A stretch of DNA of 63,410 bases, counting the filler. It is 13 parts of 13 records of this genome, joined end to end, with 100 filler letters (N's around TTAATTAATTAA, not from the genome) between each part and the next. Parts side by side here need not be neighbours in the genome. Positions count along the whole stretch, not along the records: positions 7,965 to 13,380 come from SRR15195285_12491; positions 13,481 to 16,595 come from SRR15195285_12515; positions 16,696 to 19,742 come from SRR15195285_12518; positions 19,843 to 24,361 come from SRR15195285_12531; 9 more parts are not named here. One strand, 5' to 3'. This document shows, in pieces, positions 11,932 to 21,354 of this stretch. The translations under genes were made by a program, and so were the position numbers. The stretch's first letter is position 1, and each line of letters begins with the position of its first letter. The notes beneath the pieces are model-generated. The model made no database searches, had not been told where the DNA came from, and saw nothing but the letters and a program-made list of their open reading frames with translations.

Positions 11932-13215
11932 TCACGAAGTCATGATTGAATCGCGAGTGGTCGGCAGATTGCGATAAACGGTCACATTAAATTTAACCTG
12001 ACTATTCCACTGCAACAACTGAACGGACTGGAAACACTGGTCATAATCATGGTGGCGAATAAGTACGCGTTCTTGCAAATCACCAGAAGGCGGTTCCTGA
12101 ATGAATGGGAAGCCTTCAAGAAGGTGATAAGCAGGAGAAACATACGAAGGCGCATAACGATACCACTGACCCTCAGCAATCTTAAACTTCTTAGACGAAT
12201 CACCAGAACGGAAAACATCCTTCATAGAAATTTCACGCGGCGGCAAGTTGCCATACAAAACAGGGTCGCCAGCAATATCGGTATAAGTCAAAGCACCTTT
12301 AGCGTTAAGGTACTGAATCTCTTTAGTCGCAGTAGGCGGAAAACGAACAAGCGCAAGAGTAAACATAGTGCCATGCTCAGGAACAAAGAAACGCGGCACA
12401 GAATGTTTATAGGTCTGTTGAACACGACCAGAAAACTGGCCTAACGACGTTTGGTCAGTTCCATCAACATCATAGCCAGATGCCCAGAGATTAGAGCGCA
12501 TGACAAGTAAAGGACGGTTGTCAGCGTCATAAGAGGTTTTACCTCCAAATGAAGAAATAACATCATGGTAACGCTGCATGAAGTAATCACGTTCTTGGTC
12601 AGTATGCAAATTAGCATAAGCAGCTTGCAGACCCATAATGTCAATAGATGTGGTAGAAGTCGTCATTTGGCGAGAAAGCTCAGTCTCAGGAGGAAGCGGA
12701 GCAGTCCAAATGTTTTTGAGATGGCAGCAACGGAAACCATAACGAGCATCATCTTGATTAAGCTCATTAGGGTTAGCCTCGGTACGGTCAGGCATCCACG
12801 GCGCTTTAAAATAGTTGTTATAGATATTCAAATAACCCTGAAACAAATGCTTAGGGATTTTATTGGTATCAGGGTTAATCGTGCCAAGAAAAGCGGCATG
12901 GTCAATATAACCAGTAGTGTTAACAGTCGGGAGAGGAGTGGCATTAACACCATCCTTCATGAACTTAATCCACTGTTCACCATAAACGTGACGATGAGGG
13001 ACATAAAAAGTAAAAATGTCTACAGTAGAGTCAATAGCAAGGCCACGACGCAATGGAGAAAGACGGAGAGCGCCAACGGCGTCCATCTCGAAGGAGTCGC
13101 CAGCGATAACCGGAGTAGTTGAAATGGTAATAAGACGACCAATCTGACCAGCAAGGAAGCCAAGATGGGAAAGGTCATGCGGCATACGCTCGGCGCCAGT
13201 TTGAATATTAGACAT
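11932..13215 (-). CDS. F: phiX174 major capsid protein F
   Basis: MSNIQTGAERMPHDLSH...RDSIMTS, 427 aa. Confidence 0.99.
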   Translation of the reverse strand: MSNIQTGAERMPHDLSHLGFLAGQIGRLITISTTPVIAGDSFEMDAVGALRLSPLRRGLAIDSTVDIFTFYVPHRHVYGEQWIKFMKDGVNATPLPTVNTTGYIDHAAFLGTINPDTNKIPKHLFQGYLNIYNNYFKAPWMPDRTEANPNELNQDDARYGFRCCHLKNIWTAPLPPETELSRQMTTSTTSIDIMGLQAAYANLHTDQERDYFMQRYHDVISSFGGKTSYDADNRPLLVMRSNLWASGYDVDGTDQTSLGQFSGRVQQTYKHSVPRFFVPEHGTMFTLALVRFPPTATKEIQYLNAKGALTYTDIAGDPVLYGNLPPREISMKDVFRSGDSSKKFKIAEGQWYRYAPSYVSPAYHLLEGFPFIQEPPSGDLQERVLIRHHDYDQCFQSVQLLQWNSQVKFNVTVYRNLPTTRDSIMTS

Positions 13216-13231
13216 AATTTATCCTCAAGTA

Positions 13232-13247
13232 AGGGGCCGAAGCCCCT
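13232..13247 (-). terminator. phiX174 J-F intergenic hairpin (terminator)
   Basis: AGGGGC-TTCG-GCCCCT stem-loop on the minus strand. Confidence 0.8.
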
Positions 13248-13251
13248 GCAA

Positions 13252-13368
13252 TTAAAATTGTTGACCACCTACATACCAAAGACGAGCGCCTTTACGCTTG
13301 CCTTTAGTACCTCGCAACGGCTGCGGACGACCAGGGCGAGCGCCAGAACGTTTTTTACCTTTAGACAT
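13252..13368 (-). CDS. J: phiX174 DNA-binding protein J
   Basis: ATG TCT AAA GGT AAA AAA CGT (MSKGKKR) at 13368 to TAA at 13252, 38 aa. Confidence 0.97.
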   Translation of the reverse strand: MSKGKKRSGARPGRPQPLRGTKGKRKGARLWYVGGQQF

Positions 13369-13480
13369 TACATCACTCCTNNNNNNNNNNNNNNNNNNNN
13401 NNNNNNNNNNNNNNNNNNNNNNNNTTAATTAATTAANNNNNNNNNNNNNNNNNNNNNNNNNNNNNNNNNNNNNNNNNNNN

Positions 13481-14534
13481 GCTGGTGCAGCCAGCCCGGC
13501 CAGCTAGCCCGGAAGCAGCGCCCGAGCCTGAACCGGCAAAACCGCCCAAGCTCGACCCTGACAGGGTGCGAGAATTGCTAACATACGCGGGCACCAATAA
13601 TATCACTCTGCACATGACGGTGGAGAAACAGATCTTCGAGATGACAAAGCAGATTGTGGACCTGGACCCCTCGCAGATAAAAACGCTCAACGACCAGGCG
13701 CAGGTACCCTTCTTCGCCGCTGCAATGAACGGCAAGGCTGAGCTCCTTCCTCTCATCCACGAGGCTGCGATCCGGCACTTTGGTCCCGTCGAAGGGCCGA
13801 AGTACACGACGCACTGGAGGTGGACAAAACAGGGGGCTGTGACGCTGCTGCACCATGCTGCGCTGAACGATTTTGAAGAGCTGACAGAATGGCTCTGTGC
13901 ACACGGCGCCGACGTTGACTCATGGAGCCGCTCATCAAATCCTGTCCACCCGCCATTTACGCCACTCATGATGGCTTGCAAACACAACTGCACCCGAGCG
14001 GCTTGTGCTTTAGTCAACGCTGGCGCCGATGTCAATGTGAGGGTGCCGGATGGCAAAGGAGGTGGAGACCTGACGCCTTTGCATATCACCATCCAGTTGA
14101 ACTTCACAGATCTGGCGGCGTTCTTGTTCTCCAAAGGGGCTCGGAATACGTGCACGTTCGGGTGCACGAAATGCCGGATGCACTCGAAATGGATGGCTCG
14201 GCGGCTCATCACGATGCGCGAAAACATCCAGGCGCGCTTGGCAGCAGAGGAGCGCGAGGCTGCAAGAAAGCAGGAAATGGAAGATGTGATGCAGGAGCTC
14301 AACTTTGTTGATTTTTTGTCGGAAATGAAGAAGATTGCAGGTGGCTTCGACTCAAGTGTAAGCCAGGATCTGGGCGATGCAACAATTGAAGAGCAAGCAG
14401 ACACACAGCAGCTCGCGGGCGTGGGCGATGCGTCGTGCCCTCGGGCTGGCGGGCCGTCGTCAGCGAGAAAACAGCAGGTGCGGAAAAAGACCACCGGCAA
14501 GAAAAAGAAAGGCGGAAAGAAGGGACGACGATAG
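13481..14534 (+). CDS. Ankyrin repeat protein (5'-truncated) with basic C-terminal tail
   Basis: TLLHHAA..WLCAHGADVD, TPLMMAC..LVNAGADVN, TPLHIT..LFSKGA; coiled-coil; KKKKGGKKGRR terminus. Confidence 0.85.
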
Positions 14535-14613
14535 ATCATCCCGGAGGGCGTAGGGATTTCATCGATGCAACGCACTCACACAGCCAGCCAAATGAACGCT
14601 ATCTGGCTATCCT

Positions 14614-16595
14614 CTACTGGCTGGGCTCGTGCATGAGAGCCTGCGACACTAGGCGAGCGCCTTCGTCCTCAGTCATCCCGCCTCCACCTATACCGTCGCT
14701 GGAATTGGCTGGAATTTCAATCATCCCAATGTCCATCATTGCCTGCTGAAACGTTGCGAGGCAGTACGAGTCGCCGAGCAGCTGCTCGACATACGACAGT
14801 ATCGCAGACAGTCCCATGATGTTCGAACGGACAACCACCCACTTGACGACCGGCACCAGTTCGTCTGCCCCGAGTACCACTGGTTTAGATTGTGGCTCCG
14901 GCTCAGCCTCTTGCTCCGGCGGCACCCCTTCAGGTAAAGCTGTACCAGGACTATCATCCGCTGCTGGCGTCGCTGGTCGCTTCAGCTCATGCTGGATCGA
15001 GAACAGCACTGCCTGCAGTCCGCGGCTTTTTGCGGAAGCACTGGCCGCATAGCCAACCGCCGATAGTGCTGCTGCGCTCTGGCTCCACGCGCCGTCCAAA
15101 CCAGAGCGCGCCGAAGCTGCACCCAACAACCGTGCAGACACTTCCAACGTTTTTGCAAGTTCTCCGGGCCGCATTTGTCGGAGGTACGCGAGTATACGAG
15201 CAGGATCATGGCGCTGTTCCTCTCGTCGCTGCTGCAACTGCTGCTCATTTGTAGCCTTGACCGCTGACAGCAGCGGTTCGGCGATCGGCGTCGTGATGAC
15301 TTCTTCTACTGCCATCACCACTGTCGCCTGCCTTGTCGATGGGTCCAGCAGGGTTAGGTCAGGAAGTGGCGATCCGTCCGGGGATTTGCCTTTGTCAATC
15401 CAGTCCTGATAAATGCACATGCGCAGTCGGGTCAGCGGGCAATGCGAGCACACGCAGCACCGAGCTGTGCGCTGGCGTGGTTATGGGTGCCTTGCACGCG
15501 CCCACCGCGGCTAAATTTGTGCGCAAAACCACAAAATCAGGTGAGGCTCTGACCAGTTCCAGACTGTCCGCAATCTCTTTTAAAAACTTTTGCACTGCAG
15601 GAGGCACCACGTCGGCGCGACCTCGTTTGCACAGTAGCGGAAAGAAAGTGTGAAAATCCACGACGTTCGCGTGGTGCACAGACTTCGGCGAGTACAGCTG
15701 CCTCCTGGTCCACGAGAGCAGCGCCCGTCGACTTTCTCTCTCGGGATCCGGCTGAGCACCGGAGAGTGCTTCGCCATAAGCATCGCGCCGAAGCTTGCGG
15801 ACTTCCTCCACTGCGCAGCACAGTACGCTACACTGTCAGAAGAGCACGCCGTACTGTGTGGTCAGTAAGCCCTGAGCCAAGCACTCCGCACCGATCTCTT
15901 GGTCCACGACTGAACTGTAGCGCCGGTCCTCCACCAGGTTGCCCAGGCAGCGACAAACCTCCCCCACTGCATCGGGTTCGCCCCAAAAGTCGAACGTTGC
16001 CGTCTGCGGTCTGAGTCCGGTTGTTCCCCCCGCTTCACCTGCCGGTATGGACCCGAGAGCCGCAGCGGCGGCTACACTCTGCACAGCAGTCAGCTGGAAC
16101 AGCCCGAGCTCGCGCCGCGCGACAGCGAAGATGTCGCTGTACGGTATCTCCACAGTTGATGACCGGCCATCGTTCGCGCTTTTGACGAGCACAGAATGGC
16201 TGGGCACAGTGTACGCCCACGCCCACCAGCTCAGTAGACTGGACAACTTAACAGACTGGGCGAGCATTCGGCCGCAGAAGCAGATTAGAGGGTGTGGACA
16301 GCAGGCGCACCGCGACAGCGTGAAGCTGCTCTCCCCAGACGCCCTTGGCCGCCCCCGCTTCCGCCGTGAACGCCCGCCCTCTGCAGGGCGCTCCACAGAG
16401 ACATTGAACGACCGCCCCTCATCGTCCTCAGCCGCCTCCGCTCGAACCACGAAATTTCGGTGCTCTTCGATCACCACCGGCGGACCGTACAGCCAACGCA
16501 CGTGCAGCCAACGCAGCTCCGCCGCCGCCTCCGGCTCTGGCTCTGTCGCCAGCTCCGGCTCCGGCTCCGCCACCAGCTCCGGCTCCGGCTCCGGC
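14614..16595 (-). CDS. VPS9-domain protein (Rab5-family GEF-like), multi-exon, 5'-truncated
   Basis: LGADELVPVVKWVVVRS..LSYVEQL..SYCLATFQQAM matches the VPS9 core (GAD.L.P; Y.L.TF..A). Upstream ORF pieces are linked by probable introns. Confidence 0.75.
16529..16595 (-). repeat. (GAGCCG)n hexamer repeat encoding EPEPEP at contig end
   Basis: ctccggctccgg... on the plus strand. Confidence 0.9.
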
Positions 16596-16855
16596 NNNNN
16601 NNNNNNNNNNNNNNNNNNNNNNNNNNNNNNNNNNNNNNNTTAATTAATTAANNNNNNNNNNNNNNNNNNNNNNNNNNNNNNNNNNNNNNNNNNNNTGGGT
16701 ACATGCATTCGAAGACCTGATCGTTCCATCGATTCCATGCTGGGGCGCCCTGACGGCGGGTCTGTGCGGGGGCCGCGCGCGGCGCGCGCGTGCAGCCGCG
16801 CGGCGCGCTGCGTAGCTTTGGGGTATCCACGCAGATCTCGAGTCGGATAGGTAGT

Positions 16856-18251
16856 ATGGTGCCGATCGTGAACGCCTCGAGACTTTTCGCCAGCTGTTCC
16901 ACCCATCTGGATGGTACTTCAAACAGAGCAGAGGTTGATGCAGCAGTGAGCGAGAGCTTGCGCGAGCATGGCTGCGTGGTTCTGCACGGCCTACCACCAG
17001 CCGCGCGCCTCGTGCGCTCTCGAGCGTCAGCGCTGTGCTCGTACCTACTTCAGTTTTGCCTTCGTTTTGACAGTCCTCAGCTTAGCCAAGGGGATACTCT
17101 GTATGAAACATTGTCTGTTTTGATCGGTGAGTTTGGGAACAGGTTTTTCTCGCTGCCCACCGAGGTCAAGGCAGCGCAGCAGGTGGCGGTGCAACGTCCG
17201 GGCAACTCCAACGTGTTCTGGGGCTACTATGCGCGCCACCAGGGGCCCGTAGAGTCGGCATGGCTCTACAACGAGCACATCCAAATAGGCCCGACGCGTG
17301 ACGTACCATGCCACGGAACTTGGAGCGAAGATGAGGGACGCTTCGTTGTTTCCTTCACGCATGGCGGGAACGACCCTCACTTTGCTGCGAGCCCATGGCC
17401 AGAGGAGTCGGTTCTTCCAGGCTGGCGACAAGAGATGGAGAGTTACTTTCTTGCGATGGAGGAGGTTGGTGAGGCAATCCTACGCGCAGTGGTACGCTTT
17501 TTTGGCGCGGCTGCGCTTGGCGTGGTCGATGACGACGATGCAGCGGCACACTGGTGTGACGGGGTGTCTTCTTTGCGGCCGATGCGCTACCCCGCCCTAC
17601 CTCCAGACCTGCGGCCGGCCCTACCAGCAGCGGGTTTTAGCCTATCTGAATCCGGGCGTCTCATCACTGCCGGGGAGCACTGCGACAACGGCACCGGCAT
17701 CAGCTTATTGTGGCAAGAGTCCCCCGGACTGCAGGTCCGCTCGCCAACAACAGAAGAGTGGCTCGACGTGCCGTGAGTTTTCGTTTAATTGCATTCGTAT
17801 ACTAGTGTACTCTGCCTGGTAGTGCCACCCGTGCTTGGGACTGATGATTTTATACGTGCCGCGGAACGTGCGCCCGCATCGCAGACATTCCGCCAACCAC
17901 GTCAACGAAGATGACTCGCTACTTTCAGTGCATGTTGGGCGTGGGCTACAGATCATGACGGGCAATAAGCTGGTTGCTACTAGGCACAGAGTACTCAGCA
18001 GTGGGGCTGCGAGGGACGCAATCGGCTTCTTTTTTTGCCCACATCCAGGCGCGGTCCTTCCCCTCGAGGAATTGCAGCATTACGAACCAGCAGACGACGC
18101 GACATGGCCATGGGCAAAGTTTTCATCCAATTCGACTGCCCCGTACAAACCTGGTAAAGGCGCGCGGATAGACACTTCACCACAAAGTTCACTGTCAGAC
18201 CCGGCAAACCTGGGTCCCGCTGGCAGGTGGGGATCGTGCCCGAAGCTATGA
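16856..18251 (+). CDS. Fe(II)/2-oxoglutarate dioxygenase (isopenicillin N synthase-like), intron-containing, ends -PKL
   Basis: FFSLPTEVK, WPEESVLPGWR..Y, LRPMRYP, GEHCD..ISLLWQ..GLQV..WLDVP, then after an intron starting at ~17773 VHVGRGLQIMTG..ATRHRV..RDAIGFF (HxD...H facial triad plus Arg). Confidence 0.88.
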
Positions 18252-18449
18252 CCGTGTGGCAGTACGAACAGACCGCCCTGTGTCACAGGGTAACGTGCCG
18301 TGGTAAAAAGAAAGGGCGAGTCGATCAATCAATTGGCCACAAAAGCTCGCAATGTGGTGCAACTGCTGGCGTGGCGTGAAGTAAGTACACACAATGGTCA
18401 AGGTTGTTTTATTCGATTTATGGCGACTGTTGTGTGATGATGACTTCGA

Positions 18450-19742
18450 TCAATCGACTTTTTGCTCCCCGTAAGCTTTCGTCATTGCGGTCGCAAAGAC
18501 CGCTGCACCAAGCAAGTCATTGAGTCCATATGCTGCATAGAAAAGTGCAGTCACGGGGTCCTGCTCAAGCAGTCCAGTCAGCGCAGCGCCCCTTGGTTGT
18601 AGATCTACCGCCACGGACCGCGATACCGCTTCAAACAGCATGGACTGGCCGGTTAAGCCGGCTTTTTGGCTGGCTGCGTAAAGCTCGCTTGCGAGGTCGT
18701 CGCCTCAAGAGCTCAATAACGGAGTGGAGCTCTATGAGTTGTTGGAGTAGCAGCAGCAAATGCGCATCTGTGCCCGTACAGCCATTAGATGATCCCACCC
18801 TTCACGGCCACATAGCTCGCTCCGCCACTCAACGCATCCCTCGCGCGACTCAGTACCTGCCCAGCTCCTTCCAAACCTACTCTCAAGGTCTCGTCGTGCA
18901 TCGTGACGATCGGTGATGTCTGTCCGCTCGTGTCCATTGGACTACCAGGCATCGGAGCGCTTGACGCATCGTCCTGTAGCGCCTCTAGCTGCTCCAGCAG
19001 CAATGTAAAGGCCGAGCGCCGGTGCTTGTAGGCACCAACTCCACTCATGAACCGCTGTATCTCGCTGTGCAACGCGGAAGCCAACGCGAGCTTGCGCAGA
19101 CCATCAGCGCGCGGTGCAAACATCCTGGAAAGGTTGGTTGTGAGTTGGATCCCCGAACAGCAACACCAACAAAGTCAGTTGATACATGTCGCGACTTTTG
19201 AGCGCACGGATGTCACAGAGTTGAGCTGTATGGATAGGCGCACCGTTCCAGAATGTGCGCTAAGAGCGCAACGATACTGAGAAGCAGCCCCCAAAACATG
19301 GACGTTGTTGCTCCATTAGCGCAGGTTTCTTGCATTGACTTCAGAATGTCTTCGGGTCTCTCCCCGCTGCCCGGCTCGGGCACATAATCATCGATGTCGA
19401 TACTGAGATAGTGGAGCGCGAAGCCAATTGTTACAGGGCAAGTGATCCCGGCGGAGAGACCGGCTGCGTCACATAGATTAGCCCGGCGTACTGCTACCGC
19501 CCCGGATCGTTCGAGCCACCCCACCATCCGAATCTGTTGCATCAACATGCGTCCCTGCCGCATTGTCAGCAGCTCGTCGTCTCCTGGTGGCGGAAAACCT
19601 GCTGCACCGACGCGTGTTGGGTGCTGTTCTGCGACCTACAGCATCAGTCGAGATGATATCTCCACGCGTGTCAGTTAGTGCGCTTCGCTCAGATGAGCCA
19701 CATACGCAAAGATTCGAAACTATAGCCAGATGATTTTCTTAA
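18450..19742 (-). CDS. Two-TM membrane protein, SLATT/DUF4231-like, multi-exon, 5'-truncated; 3' end uncertain
   Basis: Intron 19243-19125 joins ...LLLSIVALLAHILER to MFAP..LASALHSEIQRFMSGVGAY..AFTLLLEQLEAL; upstream QQIRMVGWLE..AGITCPVTIGF. Confidence 0.55.
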
Positions 19743-19842
19743 NNNNNNNNNNNNNNNNNNNNNNNNNNNNNNNNNNNNNNNNNNNNTTAATTAATTAANN
19801 NNNNNNNNNNNNNNNNNNNNNNNNNNNNNNNNNNNNNNNNNN

Positions 19843-21266
19843 AGCCACAAATTGACCACTGCTCCCCGTGTTTCGGCTCCAACGTACTGGCGATGTACAA
19901 CAGCGGCGAAAATCCTATTGGCCAAACCCTCGACATCCTCATTGAGATCGCAGAGTCTGGGCGGTATTCTATTGTGGCAGGTGTGCTGCGCTGGCGAGGC
20001 TACGGCGTGTGGCGCGCGCGCTTGCTTTCCCCACCGGGTCGCACGCCACAGCTCAACGTTAGTTTGGCTGATGCCATCGACTTCTTTGGTCAGGTCAGTG
20101 GGCCCGCCGCCTCGGCCGACTTTCCCGAGACGTATCAAGATGGGACCACTCTCGAACTACCGTTAGGCGTCGTGCGTGTAGACAGTGGCACCTACCGCCT
20201 GCAGTTTGAGTGCGTCGGCAGCAATCCGCTGGGTAGGGGACGCGGAAACTCATACGGCGAAGCGTTTGGTATGGGGTTGGACTCGTTGGCACTCCGCAAG
20301 TTCAACATTGATGACACATGGACGTACATGCGTGAGTATCAACAAAATTTCAGTCGCATCGAGGAGGCCAAAACAGCAGAGGCAACCGAAACTATAGTCT
20401 CACTCAAACTGCAAGTGAATGCATGGGCGGCGAAGCATGGTGGGAAGTGGCCAGCTACACTCATGGAAGTCGATCCATCACTTGGACTGGACCCTTGGCG
20501 GCAGGAGTGGCTGTATGCGGCTCCAGGGAAGTGCAACCCAGCAACATTTGATGTCTGGAGTAGGCGTGGGCAAAGCCGTATCCCAGGCCACATGCTTGGG
20601 AACTGGGCAAACCCTTTTGTCGCCCCTGGCCACGTCGTTGAGGGGGAGGCCATGCTTGTCTCCCAGCTGTGTGCCAGATGCAGTCACGAAATCCTGGATA
20701 GTGAAGGGCATGTTCGTGGTGCTCCGATCAGCGGTGGGCACTACCTGCAACTCAACGTTTCGTCCGATTCAGGCGGTGACGATCATCAACGCAGTGCCAA
20801 TAATATCAGCGCGACTCTCCAGTTCTCGACGCCGAAGATGGTACATACTCCACTCGGCGTCCTGATTGTCTCCCACAACACGAAAGAGCATCATGCACTA
20901 TGGTCATATCTGACAGTCGTTTTTGGATGTGGTGTGTTCTGGCATGCATTTTGACAGGTAGAGAGCCAGCAGGTCGACGTGTGGCTATTGTACGCAACAA
21001 GCCCGTACTATAGTGCATTCGAGGTTGGTCTGGTCGGCCCAACTACGGGCGACGCCACGACGCCACAAACCATCGACTGCTTTGAAGAAGAGCGAGGGCG
21101 CGACGTCAGCCGTCGCCCAATCGGCCGCATAGCAGTGCCAGCACGGGGTGAGAGCATGCAACTACATATTAGTGCGTCCACCCGGAAGCGCAGCAAGTAC
21201 GGGCTTGGGATTGGTTTTGGGGTGGATGCGCTTGTGTTTGTACCTGTGGCGGCCGACGATTTGTGA
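19843..21266 (+). CDS. 5'-truncated protein: CBM-like beta-sandwich + GspG (T2SSG)-like domain + second beta-sandwich; intron 20841-20957
   Basis: Two similar modules (LGVVRVDSGTYRLQFECVGSN..GMGLDSLAL and IGRIAVP..MQLHISA..GFGVDALVF) flank EEAKTAEA..LKLQVNAW..GKWP..DPW..WLY..PG..FDVWS..GNW. The 117-nt GT-AG intron joins both ORFs in frame. Confidence 0.65.
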
Positions 21267-21354
21267 GGGCGCCGTAATCACAACGAGGCGGCCTTGCAGG
21301 TACTGTCTAGCTAGTATTATCATCCGGAGTGACAAGACCTCCTCTCCTTCACAG

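Larger units (their letters stand above)
7965..13380 (-). other. Complete bacteriophage phiX174 genome (Microviridae); sequencing spike-in contaminant
   Basis: All 11 phiX genes in canonical order. The contig is 5416 nt with 7965-7994 identical to 13351-13380, giving a 5386-nt circle, the known phiX174 length. Confidence 0.99.
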
